From: Somniosus microcephalus
Lineage: Eukaryota
Length of the DNA stretch: 64,000 bases
NCBI GenBank assembly: GCA_052327205.1
Contig: CM126218.1
Location: forward strand, 37,014,001-37,078,000
Reading direction: 5' to 3'
The notes beneath the pieces are model-generated. The model was given only the letters and a program-made list of their open reading frames with translations, made no database searches and was not told the origin of the DNA. Below, piece after piece: positions 43,501 to 55,500 of the stretch. Made by a program: the position numbers and the translations under genes. Positions within the stretch are counted from its first letter, which is position 1. Each line of letters opens with the position of its first letter.

Positions 43501-46500
43501 CCAAAGCAAACAATTAGAAAGGAAAATTTGAGATGTAAAAATGAAAGCCGTGTTTTGTTACCTACTCAATGACAGACCACATGGAGTTAGAAACAATTCC
43601 CTTGAGGAGACAGACTTGGTGCAAGGTATCACTTACCAGGTATGTAGCTGGTGGTAGACGTAGTGGTAATCGGTGTCACTTCTGGTGATGTAATTTCTAT
43701 AGAGCAGGAAAAACATTTCAACCTGTTACACTGCACGCTGAGGCTCTGAGTCTGTATCAGGTTTAAAAACTTACTTTCCTGCTGCACATAGCCGAGCACA
43801 AAATTACAAAAATTAAATCTATTCACTTCTATCTTAGTCTCTCAATAAAATTATTTTAGCAGAAAGAGAATACAACCATATAATGGCCCGTACATTCAGG
43901 ACATAATTACATCAAGTATAAGAGTGGCTGGAATTGTCAGATAGATTTGATCGTGCTATTAATGGAGTTCCTGGAATTTTAGTTTTCAATGTCCAGTGGA
44001 AACTGCTTACAATGGACAGATCCATATTGACCCGAGTTCCCAGATCAACAGTGGCTCTGAAAATACTCGAGCAGCAGTCTTGGCGATTATACCAGGGTCA
44101 CACCTCCCAAGGCCCTCCACAGCTGACCTGACCAGAATATGTAGGTCAGTGGGAGGTCCTGTCATTTAAATATTATGGCAGGGACCTTCACCACAATATT
44201 CAGACACCTGCCCTGCTGCTGTTTCTATTCAGTGGAAAGAGATATGAAATTGCTGGCCATGCCCACCTCTGGCCACTTTCTTGATATGTGTGTGGACAGA
44301 ATATTGGCTTATAATACAGAAGAGCCCGATGCTAGCCCGGAAGGAGGTGAACACATAACAGCTATTCTAAGTTTGATGGCTTTTCCAAACTGACTTGTGC
44401 AATGCTTTATCACATTATGTTTATAAAATTTCACTATTTTGGTGAAAAGAATATCAAGCCAGCACAACCTTTGACTGCATGACTGGTCGAGCACCAGGTT
44501 GTTTTATCATACTCGTAGTTCATTCATCATTTGAAAGATTAAGGAGGTGATTTTTAGCTGCCTGTGAGGGGAGATGAAATTGTACAAAAAAATCTACTAC
44601 CCAGAGGCCGCCCGACTCAATTTTCTAGCGGGCATTGAAACAAAAACTGCCAAACCCTGTACCTAGTCTCAGAACGGTGAGGAATAGTCCGACAGGGTTT
44701 TGCAGCTGAACCTGTAGCATGGAGAGAGATGGATCGGCTATATGACTTTCTCTCATTCCTTGATATGGTTTTACATACTCAGTTTAAATATTGTGTGACA
44801 AATCATTTTGATAACTGAAAACATGTTATTTAATAATATATATTTTAATACATCCTTCTCGCTTGGAGGATCGCACAGCGGGGGCACATCATAGGAATAG
44901 AAGCGTGGAAGTTAATGCACATCGCAAAATAATCCATCAATTGGCCTCAAATTCCTCATTTGCATCACACTCCGCTAAACATTATGTCAGGAGCACAATT
45001 TCCTAAAAGCGCCCCTATAGGTTACAACATAAGGACCAGAGATACAAACATTTCCAAAGCAAGCAATTAGAAAGGAAAATTTGAGATGTAAAAATGAAAG
45101 CCGTGTTTTGTTACCTACTCAATGACAGACCACATGGAGTTAGAAACAATCCACTTGTGGAGACAGACTTGGTGCAAGGCATAAAACTGCTGTCACTTAC
45201 CAGGCATGTAGCTGGTGGTAGACGTAGTGATAATCGGTGTCACTTCTGGTGACGTAATTTCTATAGAGCAGGAAAAACATTTCAACTTGTTACACTGCAC
45301 GCTGAGGCTCTGAGTCTGTATCAGGTTTAAAAACTTACTTTCCTGCTGCACATAGCCGAGCACAAAAGTTGCGAAAATTAAATCTATTCACTTCTATCTA
45401 AATCTATTCAATAAAATTATTTGAGCTGACAGAATACAACTAGTTAATGGCATTTACAGTAAGAACATCTTTTCCACAAGTATAAGAGTGGCTGGAATTG
45501 TCAGATAGATTTGATCGTGCTGTTAATGGAGTTCTTCGAAATATGAGTTTCAATGTCCAGTGGAAACTGCTTACAATGGACAGATCCATATTGACCCGAG
45601 TTCCCAGATGGTGGCTCTGAAAATCCTCGGGCAGCAATCCTGGCGATTATACCAGGGTCACGCCTCCCAGGGCCCTCCACAGCTGACCTGACCAGAGTAT
45701 GTAGGTCAGTGGGAGGTCCTGTTATTTAAATATTATGGCAGGGACCTTCACCACAACATTCAGACACATGCCCTGCTGCTGTTTCTATTCAGTGGAAATA
45801 TAAATTAACCTGCTGGCCATGCCGACATCTGCATCGGTCAGATTCTTGATATGTGTGTGGGCAGAATATTGGCTTATAATGCAGAAGAGCCCTATGCTAG
45901 CCCGGAACTTGGTGAACACATAACAGCTATTCTAAGTTTGCTGACTTTTCCAAACTGACTTGTGCAATACTTTATCACATTCTAGTTACACAATTTCACC
46001 ACAATGATGTAAAGTACACCAAGCCAGCACAACATTTGACTCTATGACTGATCTACCATCAAAGTGTTTTATCATGCTAGGTTTACATTCATCATTTGAA
46101 AGATCAAGGGGTGATTTTCATCTGCTTCCAAGTGTGGCAGTGGCGGAGGGAAAGTAATTCTAAAAAAGAACCGACTGCCCAGAGGCCGGCTGACTCGATT
46201 TTCTACCAGACATTGAAACAAGAACTGGTGAGCCCTGTACTTGGGCCCGGAACGGTGAGGAATAGTGCGATAGAGTTTTGCTGCTGAACCTGTATGAATG
46301 GGTGAGTTGGGTCGGCTACATGACTTTCTATCATTCCTTGTTATTGTTTTACAACCTCAGTGTTGGACATTGTGTGACAAATAAATGAAAACGTGTTATT
46401 TAATAAGAATATATATTATAATACACCCTTCTCGCTTGGAACTTCCCTTGCCGGGGACACAGAACAGGAATAAGGGCGTGGATGTTAATGCACATTGCAA

Positions 46501-49500
46501 AATAATACGTCAATTGGTGTCAAATTCCTGATTTGCATCACACTATAATGACCAGAGATACAAACATTTCCAAAGCAAACAATTAGAAAGGAAAATTTGA
46601 GATGTAAAAATGAAAGCCGTGTTTTGTTACCTACTCAATGACAGACCACATGGAGTTAGAAACAATTCCCTTGAGGAGACAGACTTGGTGCAAGGTATCA
46701 CTTACCAGGTATGTAGCTGGTGGTAGACGTAGTGGTAATCGGTGTCACTTCTGGTGATGTAATTTCTATAGAGCAGGAAAAACATTTCAACCTGTTACAC
46801 TGCACGCTGAGGCTCTGAGTCTGTATCAGGTTTAAAAACTTACTTTCCTGCTGCACATAGCCGAGCACAAAATTACAAAAATTAAATCTATTCACTTCTA
46901 TCTTAGTCTCTCAATAAAATTATTTTAGCAGAAAGAGAATACAACCATATAATGGCCCGTACATTCAGGACATAATTTCATCAAGTATAAGAGTGGCTGG
47001 AATTGTCAGATAGATTTGATCGTGCTATTAATGGAGTTCCTGGAATTTTAGTTTTCAATGTCCAGTGGAAACTGCTTACAATGGACAGATCCATATTGAC
47101 CCGAGTTCCCAGATCAACAGTGGCTCTGAAAATACTCGAGCAGCAGTCTTGGCGATTATACCAGGGTCACACCTCCCAAGGCCCTCCACAGCTGACCTGA
47201 CCAGAATATGTAGGTCAGTGGGAGGTCCTGTCATTTAAATATTATGGCAGGGACCTTCACCACAATATTCAGACACATGCCCTGCTGCTGTTTCTATTCA
47301 GTGGAAAGAGATATGAAATTGCTGGCCATGCCCACCTCTGGCCACTTTCTTGATATGTGTGTGGACAGAATATTGGCTTATAATACAGAAGAGCCCGATG
47401 CTAGCCCGGAAGGAGGTGAACACATAACAGCTATTCTAAGTTTGATGGCTTTTCCAAACTGACTTGTGCAATGCTTTATCACATTATGTTTATAAAATTT
47501 CACTATTTTGGTGAAAAGAATATCAAGCCAGCACAACCTTTGACTGCATGACTGGTCGAGCACCAGGTTGTTTTATCATACTCGTAGTTCATTCATCATT
47601 TGAAAGATTAAGGAGGTGATTTTTAGCTGCCTGTGAGGGGAGATGAAATTGTACAAAAAAATCTACTACCCAGAGGCCGCCCGACTCAATTTTCTAGCGG
47701 GCATTGAAACAAAAACTGCCGAACCCTGTACCTAGTCTCAGAACGGTGAGGAATAGTCCGACAGGGTTTTGCAGCTGAACCTGTAGCATGGAGAGAGATG
47801 GATCGGCTATATGACTTTCTCTCATTCCTTGATATGGTTTTACATACTCAGTTTAAATATTGTGTGACAAATCATTTTGATAACTGAAAACATGTTATTT
47901 AATAATATATATTTTAATACATCCTTCTCGCTTGGAGGATCGCACAGCGGGGGCACATCATAGGAATAGAAGCGTGGAAGTTAATGCACATCGCAAAATA
48001 ATCCATCAATTGGCCTCAAATTCCTCATTTGCATCACACTCCGCTAAACATTATGTCAGGAGCACAATTTCCTAAAAGCGCCCCTATAGGTTACAACATA
48101 ATGACCAGAGATACAAACATTTCCAAAGCAAGCAATTAGAAAGGAAAATTTGAGATGTAAAAATGAAAGCCGTGTTTTGTTGCCTACTCAATGACAGACC
48201 ACATGGAGTTAGAAACAATCCACTTGTGGAGACAGACTTGGTGCAAGGTATAAAACTGCTGTCACTTACCAGGTATGTAGCTGGTGGTAGACGTAGGGAT
48301 AATCGGTGTCACTTCTGGTGACGTAATTTCTATAGAGCAGGAAAAACATTTCAACTTGTTACACTGCACGCTGAGGCTCTGAGTCTGTATCAGGTTTAAA
48401 AACTTACTTTCCTGCTGCACATAGCCGAGCACAAAAGTTGCGAAAATTAAATCTATTCACTTCTATCTAAATCTATTCAATAAAATTATTTGAGCTGACA
48501 GAATACAACTAGTTAATGGCATTTACAGTAAGAACATCTTTTCCACAAGTATAAGAGTGGCTGGAATTGTCAGATAGATTTGATCGTGCTGTTAATGGAG
48601 TTCTTCGAAATATGAGTTTCAATGTCCAGTGGAAACTGCTTACAATGGACAGATCCATATTGACCCGAGTTCCCAGCTGGTGGCTCTGAAAATCCTCGGG
48701 CAGCAATCCTGGCGATTATACCAGGGTCACACCTCCCAGGGCCCTCCACAGCTGACCTGACCAGAGTATGTAGGTCAGTGGGAGGTCCTGTTATTTAAAT
48801 ATTATGGCAGGGACCTTCACCACAACATTCAAGACACATGCCCTGCTGCTGTTTCTATTCAGTGGAAATATAAATTAACCTGCTGGCCATGCCGACATCT
48901 GCATCGGTCAGATTCTTGATATGTGTGTGGGCAGAATATTGGCTTATAATGCAGAAGAGCCCTATGCTAGCCCGGAACTTGGTGAACACATAACAGCTAT
49001 TCTAAGTTTGCTGACTTTTCCAAACTGACTTGTGCAATACTTTATCACATTCTAGTTCCACAATTTCACCACAATGATGTAAAGTACACCAAGCCAGCAC
49101 AACATTTGACTCTATGACTGATCTACCATCAAAGTGTTTTATCATGCTAGGTTTACATTCATCATTTGAAAGATCAAGGGGTGATTTTCATCTGCTTCCA
49201 AGGGTGGCAGTGGCGGAGGGAAAGTAATTCTAAAAAAGAACCGACTGCCCAGAGGCCGGCTGACTTGATTTTCTACCAGACATTGAAACAAGAACTGGTG
49301 AGCCCTGTACTTGGGCCCGGAACGGTGAGGAATAGTGCGATAGAGTTTTGCTGCTGAACCTGTATGATGGGGTGAGTTGGGTCGGCTACATGACTTTCTA
49401 TCATTCCTTGTTATTGTTTTACAACCTCAGTGTTGGACATTGTGTGACAAATAAATGAAAACGTGTTATTTAATAAGAATATATATTATAATACACCCTT

Positions 49501-52500
49501 CTCGCTTGGAACTTCCCTTGCTGGGGACACAGAACAGGAATAAGGGCGTGGATGTTAATGCACATTGCAAAATAATACGTCAATTGGTGTCAAATTCCTG
49601 ATTTGCATCACACTATAATGACCAGAGATACAAACATTTCCAAAGCAAACAATTAGAAAGGAAAATTTGAGATGTAAAAATGAAAGCCGTGTTTTGTTAC
49701 CTACTCAATGACAGACCACATGGAGTTAGAAATAATTCCCTTGAGGAGACAGACTTGGTGCAAGGTATCACTTACCAGGTATGTAGCTGGTGGTAGACGT
49801 AGTGGTAATCGGTGTCACTTCTGGTGATGTAATTTCTATAGAGCAGGAAAAACATTTCAACCTGTTACACTGCACGCTGAGGCTCTGAGTCTGTATCAGG
49901 TTTAAAAATTTACTTTTCTGCTGAATGTAGCCGAGCACAAAAATTGTGAAAATGAAATCTATTAATTTCCAAGTCTACACAATAAAATTATTTTAGTGGA
50001 GAGAGAATACAACTAATAAACGGCCCTTACATTCAGTACATCATTTCCACAATATAAGAATTGCTGGAATTGTCACCTAGATTTAATGCAGTTCCTGGAA
50101 ATATGATTATTCAATGGCCAGTGGAAACTACTTCCAATGAACAGATCCATATTGACCTCAGCTGTCCAGGTAAACAGTGGCTCTGAAAATACTCGGGCAG
50201 CAATCCTGGCGATTATTCCAGGGTCGCACCTCCCAGGGCCCTCCAGAGCTGACCTGACCAGTGTATGTAGGTCAGTGGGAGGTCCTGTCATTTAAATATT
50301 ATGGCAGGGACCTTCACCACAATATTCAGACACATGCCCTGCTGCTGTTTCTATGCAGTGGAAATAGAAATTACATTTAAGGCCATGCCGAATCCTGCAT
50401 CAGTCACTTTCTTGATATATGTGTGGGCAGCATATTAGCTTATAATGCAGTAGAGCCCAATGCTAGCCCAGAACTTCATGAACATATAACAGCTATTCTA
50501 AGTTTAATGGCTTTTCCATGCAGATTGCAAAATGTGTTTTCACATTCTAGTTACACAATTTCAGCACAATGGTGCGAAGAATATCAAGCCAGCACAACAT
50601 TTGACTCTGTGACTGATCTACCACCAAATTGTTTGGTCATGCTCCTTTTACACTCATCATTTGAAAGATCAAGGGGTGATTTTCATCTGCTTCCAAGGGC
50701 AGCAGTGGCGGAGGGAAAGTAATTCTAACAAATAACCGACTGCCCAGAGGCTGCCTGACTCGAATTTCTAGTGGGCATCGGAACAAAAACTGGCGAGCCC
50801 TGTACTCGGACTGGGATCGGTGAGGAATAGTGCGACAGGGTTTTGTATGATGGGGTGAGATGGATCGGCTACATGATTTTCTCTCATTCCTTGATATGGT
50901 TTTGCAACCTCAGTTTAAATTTTGTGTGACAAATAATTCTGATAACTGAAAACGTGTTATTTAATAATATATATTATAATACACTTTCTCACTTGGAGGA
51001 TCGCACGGTGGGGGCACACAACAGAAATAGAAGTGTGGAAATTAATGCACATTGCAAAATAATCTATCAATTGGCGTCAAATTCCTGATTTGCCTCACAC
51101 TCCACTAAACATTATTACAAAAAGAAAATACTGCAGATGCTGGAAATCTGAAATAAAAACAGAAAATGCTGGAGATACTCAGCAGGTCAGGCAGCATCTG
51201 TGAAGAGAGAAACAGAGTTAATGTTTCAGGTTGATGACCTTTCCTCAGAACTGGAAAAAAGCAGGAAATGGAACAGAGTTTTAAGCAAGTGCAGGGGCTG
51301 GGAAAGGCGGGGAGGGGATGGAAGAACAAAAGGGAAAGTCTGTGATAGGATAGAAGGCAGGAGAGGTTAAGAGACATTAAGAGATATTCAAGGAGATGGT
51401 AATGAACAGGTTAAGAAACAAACATAGAAACATAGAAGATAGGAGCAGGAGTAGGCCATTCGGCCCCTCGAGCCTGCTCCGCCATTCAATGCGATCATGG
51501 CTGATCATCCAAACTCAGTACCCTGTCCCTGCTTTCTCCCCATATCCCTTGATCCCTTTAGCCTTAAGAAATATATCTAACTCCTTCTTGAATATATTTA
51601 ATGAATTGGCCTCAACTGCCTTCTGTGGTAGAGAATTCCACAGGTTCACCACACTCTGGGTGAAGAAATTCCTCCTCATCTCTGTCCTAAATGGCTTACC
51701 CCTTATCTTTAGACTGTGACCCCTGGTTCTGGACTCCCCGGCCATCGGGAACATCCTTCCTGCATCTGGTCTGTCTAGTCCTGTTAGTATTGTATAAGTT
51801 TCAATGAGTTGGGGGAGGTATAAGGGCATGTGTTGCATCTCCTGTGCTTGCACGCCCCTTCCCATTGTCCAGGGCCCCAAACACCCCTTCCAGGTGAAAC
51901 AGCAATTTACTTGTACTTCTTGCAATTTAGTATACTGTACTCGCTGCTCACGATGTGGTCTCCTCTACATTGGGGAGACCAAACACAGATTGGGTGACCG
52001 CTTTGCGGAACACCTCCATTCAGTCCGTAAGGGGGACCCCGAGCTTCCAGTCGCCTGTCACTTTAATTCTCCGCTCCACTCCCACTCAGACCGCACCGTC
52101 CTCGGCCTCTTGCATTGTTCCACGGAAGCTCAGCGTAAGCTCGAGGAACAGCACCTCATCTTTCGATTAGGCACTTTACAGCCCTCTGGACTCAACATTG
52201 GGATCAACAATTTCAGATCATAACCTCGGCCCCTATCATATATATATTTTTTATCCACACCTTTTGTTTGTGTCTTTTCTTCTCTCCCACAGGGCAGCTG
52301 TCTTTCATTCTGCCAGCGCAATTTACACTTCATCTAGAGCCATCCTTTGTTTCTTAACCTGTCCCATTACCATCTCCTTTTGCCTTGAATATCTCTTAAT
52401 GTCTCTTAACCTCTCCTGCCTTCCATCCTATCACAGACCTTCCCTTTTGTTCTTTCATCACCTCCCCCCTTTCCCTGCCCCTACACTTGCTTAAAAATCT

Positions 52501-55500
52501 GTTCCATTTCCTGCTTTTTTCCAGTTCTGACATAAGGTCATCGACCTGAAATGTTAACTCTGTTTCTCTCTTCACAGATGCTGCCTGACCTGCTGAGTAT
52601 CTCCAGCATTTTCTGTTTTTATTTCACTAAACGTTATGTCAGGAGCAGAATTTCCTAAAAGCTGCCCTATAAGTAATAACATAATGACCATTTCCAAAGC
52701 AAACAATTGGAAAGGAAAATTTGTGATTTAAAAATGAAAGTCTTGTTTTGTTACCTACTCAATGACAGATCACATGGAGTTAGAAAACAATCCACTTGTG
52801 GAGACAGACTTGGTGCAAGGTATAAAACCGCTGTCACTTACCAGTTGGGTAGCTGGTGGTAGATGTAGGGATAATCGGTGTCACTTCTGGTGACGTAGTT
52901 TCTATAGAGCAGGAAAAACATTTCAACCTGTTACACTGCACGCTGAGGCTCTGAGTCTGTATCAGGTTTAAAAACTTAGGCCTAGAATTTCGCTATCGCC
53001 GCGCCAGGTGTTTAGCGCCCGAAATTTAGCGCTCGCCCGGATTCCCGTAGCGCCCGCCTGAAATTCAGTTGCAGCGCCCCAAGAGGGAGGCGGGCGCTAT
53101 TGCAGGGTTTGGCCGCCTCACTTGGGGCGCTGAAAGTCAGTTTCAGGCGTCCAGCTGCCGCTGCGCCACCCGATGCGGTGCGGCAGGCTGGGGTACTGCA
53201 GGCCTCCTCCTTCTCTTAAGGAGGAGCTGCCTGCAGCCGTGAGATCGCCGCTGGATTCCCCCGGCAAATGAGCCCGGCACCACGGAGAAGTGCTGGGCTC
53301 GCGGGGGTCAGACACCAATGCCGCGGGGGGGTGGTGTGGGAGTCCGGGGAGGAAGGAGCGGCCAAGCGGCCGCCGGTAAAGCGGACGGCCGCACCTCCAC
53401 CTTTACGCCCCGGCCTCTCGGAGCTGCAAGGCCCCGTTTTACAAACGCTCCTTGCGCCCGCTACGGGTGAGGCGGCGGCAAGTGAATTTGGGTGTTGGGC
53501 CGGCATCGCGTTGAAACCGGGGCGCTGCGCACACCGATGACATCATCGGTGCCGGCACAGCGCTACCGGCTAACGCCACCATTTGCGCTACACTGAATTC
53601 CAGGCTACCAACAGCGCCGGCGCTAAAGACCTCTTTAGGCGCTAAGTGGGCGCTAACACCACTGAATTTCTAGGCCTTACTTTCCTGCTGCACATAGCCG
53701 AGCACAAACATTGTGAAAATTAAATCTATTCACTTGTATCTAAATCTACTCAATAAAGTTATTTGAGCTGACAGAGAATACAACTAGTTAATGGCCCTTA
53801 CAGTAAGAACATCTTTTCCACAAGTATAAGAGTGGCTGGAATTGTCAGATAGATTTGATCGTGCTGTTAATGGAGTTCCTGGTAATATGAGTTTTCAATG
53901 TCCAGTGGAATCTTCTTCCAATGGACAGATCCATATTGACCTCAGCTGTCCAGATAAACAGTGGCTCTGAAAATACTCGGGCAGCAATCCTGGTGATTAT
54001 TCCAGGGTCACACCTCCCAGGGCCCTCCACAGCTGACCTGACCAGAGTATGTAGGTCAGTGGGAGGTCCTGTCATTGAAATATTATGGCAGGGACCTTCA
54101 CCACAATATTCAGACACATGCCCTGCTGCTGTTTCTATTCAGTGGAAATAGAAATTAACCTGCTGGCCATGCCGACCAATGCATCAGTCACTTTCTTGAT
54201 ATGTGTGTGGGCAGAATATTGGCTTATAATGCACAAGAGCCCTATGCTAGCTCGGTACATTATGAACACATAACAGCTATTCTAAGTTTGCTGACTTTTC
54301 AAACTGACTTGTACAATACTTTATCACAGTCTAGTTACACAATTTCACCACAATCAAGTAAAGTACACCAAGCCAGCACAACATTTGACTCTATGACAGA
54401 TCTACCATCAAAGTGTTTTATCATGCTAGGTTTACATTCATCATTTGAAAGATCAAGGGGTGATTTTCATCTGCTTCCAAGGGCGGCAGTGGCGGAGGGA
54501 AAGTAATTCTAAAAAAGAACCAACTACCCAGAGGCCGCCTGACTTGATTTTCCACCAGGCATTGAAACAAAAACTGGCGAGCCCTATACTTGGGCTGGGA
54601 ATGGTGAGGAATAGTGCGATAGGGTTTTGCAGCTGAACCTGTATGATGGGGTGAGATGGATCATCTACATGACCTTCTCTCATTCCTTGTTATGGTTTTA
54701 CAACCTCAGTGTTGACATTGTGTGACAAATAAATGAAAACGTGTTATTTAATAAGAATATATATTATAAAAATACACCCTTCTCACTTGGAACTTCTCTT
54801 GCCGGGGACACAGAACAGGAATAAGGGCATGGATGTTAATGCACATTGCAAAATAATACGTCAATTGGTGCCAAATTCCTGATTTGCATCACACTATAAT
54901 GACCAGAGATACAAACATTTCCAAAGCAAACAATTAGAAAGGAAAATTTGTGATGTAAAAATGAAAGCCGTGTTTTGTTACCTACTCAATGACAGACCAC
55001 ATGGAGTTAGAAAACAATCCACTTGTGGAGACAGACTTGGTGCAAGGTATAAAACCGCTGTCACTTACCAGTTGGGTAGCTGGTGGTAGACGTAGGGATA
55101 ATCGGTGTCACTTCTGGTGAAGTAGTTTCTATAGAGCAGGAAAAACATTTCAACCTGTTACACTGCATGCTGAGGCTCTGAGTCTGTATCAGGTTTAAAA
55201 ACTTACTTTTCTGCTGAATGTAGCTGAGCACAAACATTGTGAAAATGAAATCTATTCATTTCTAAATGTACTCAATAAAATTATTTTAGTGGAGAGAGAA
55301 TATTAACTAATAAACGGCCCTTACACACAAGGGTAGGCATTTGTGTGTTTTAGCCAATGTTCGTGTAAAGTTTCTGTTAATGTGTTGTCAAGCATTGAAA
55401 TCTTTATTTTCGACACTTTGCCTTCTTGGACAGATTTGTGTGCACCTTTGAAAGTGTTTATTAGTGAGTTCCAGTGAATGGTGAGACATAACATCTCCCC

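Larger units (their letters stand above)
51116..52624 (+). mobile_element. Truncated Penelope-like element with inverted pseudo-LTR arms and a GIY-YIG endonuclease fragment
   Basis: Arms at ~51150-51422 and ~52347-52625 are reverse complements. 13-bp target duplication cactaaacattat (51103-51115) / cactaaacgttat (52625-52637). ORF 51804..52223 has [19 protein letters not shown]...RFAEH...VACHFN...[19 protein letters not shown]. Confidence 0.88.
1..55325. repeat. Tandem array of 3066/3069-bp dimers (two related ~1.53-kb exon+intron monomers, A and B); open at the left window edge
   Basis: An identical track ORF recurs at 202, 3268, 10198, 13256, 16325, 19391, 22460, 25526, 28595, 31661, 34730, 37796, 40865, 43934 and 47003. 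Spacings are 3066 or 3069 except 6930 (LINE) and 3058 (11-bp deletion). Units beyond ~49900 are diverged; similarity ends near taaacggcccttaca at ~55325. Confidence 0.97.

Noticed and set aside
48825-48840. 1-bp insertion (attcaagacac) in the last core unit
   Set aside because: Intronic and singular; may be a sequencing error; no consequence.
202-49357. Six short ORFs (61-72 aa) recurring in every dimer, resembling a repeated operon
   Set aside because: No recognisable domains and several non-ATG starts. They are not preserved between A, B and edge monomers, and they recur only because the DNA is repeated. Only the last ~20 codons of the MNRFNF... ORF are real, being the 60-nt exon.
53118-53540. 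GC-rich ORFs and a CpG-island-like segment
   Set aside because: Entirely inside the TIR-bounded MITE; stop-poor because of GC content; no transposase motifs.
1-55325. Array as a CRISPR, rDNA/snRNA cluster or centromeric satellite
   Set aside because: No repeat-spacer structure with unique spacers and no recognisable rRNA, tRNA or snRNA sequence. The in-frame exon linked to unique mucin exons explains the unit.
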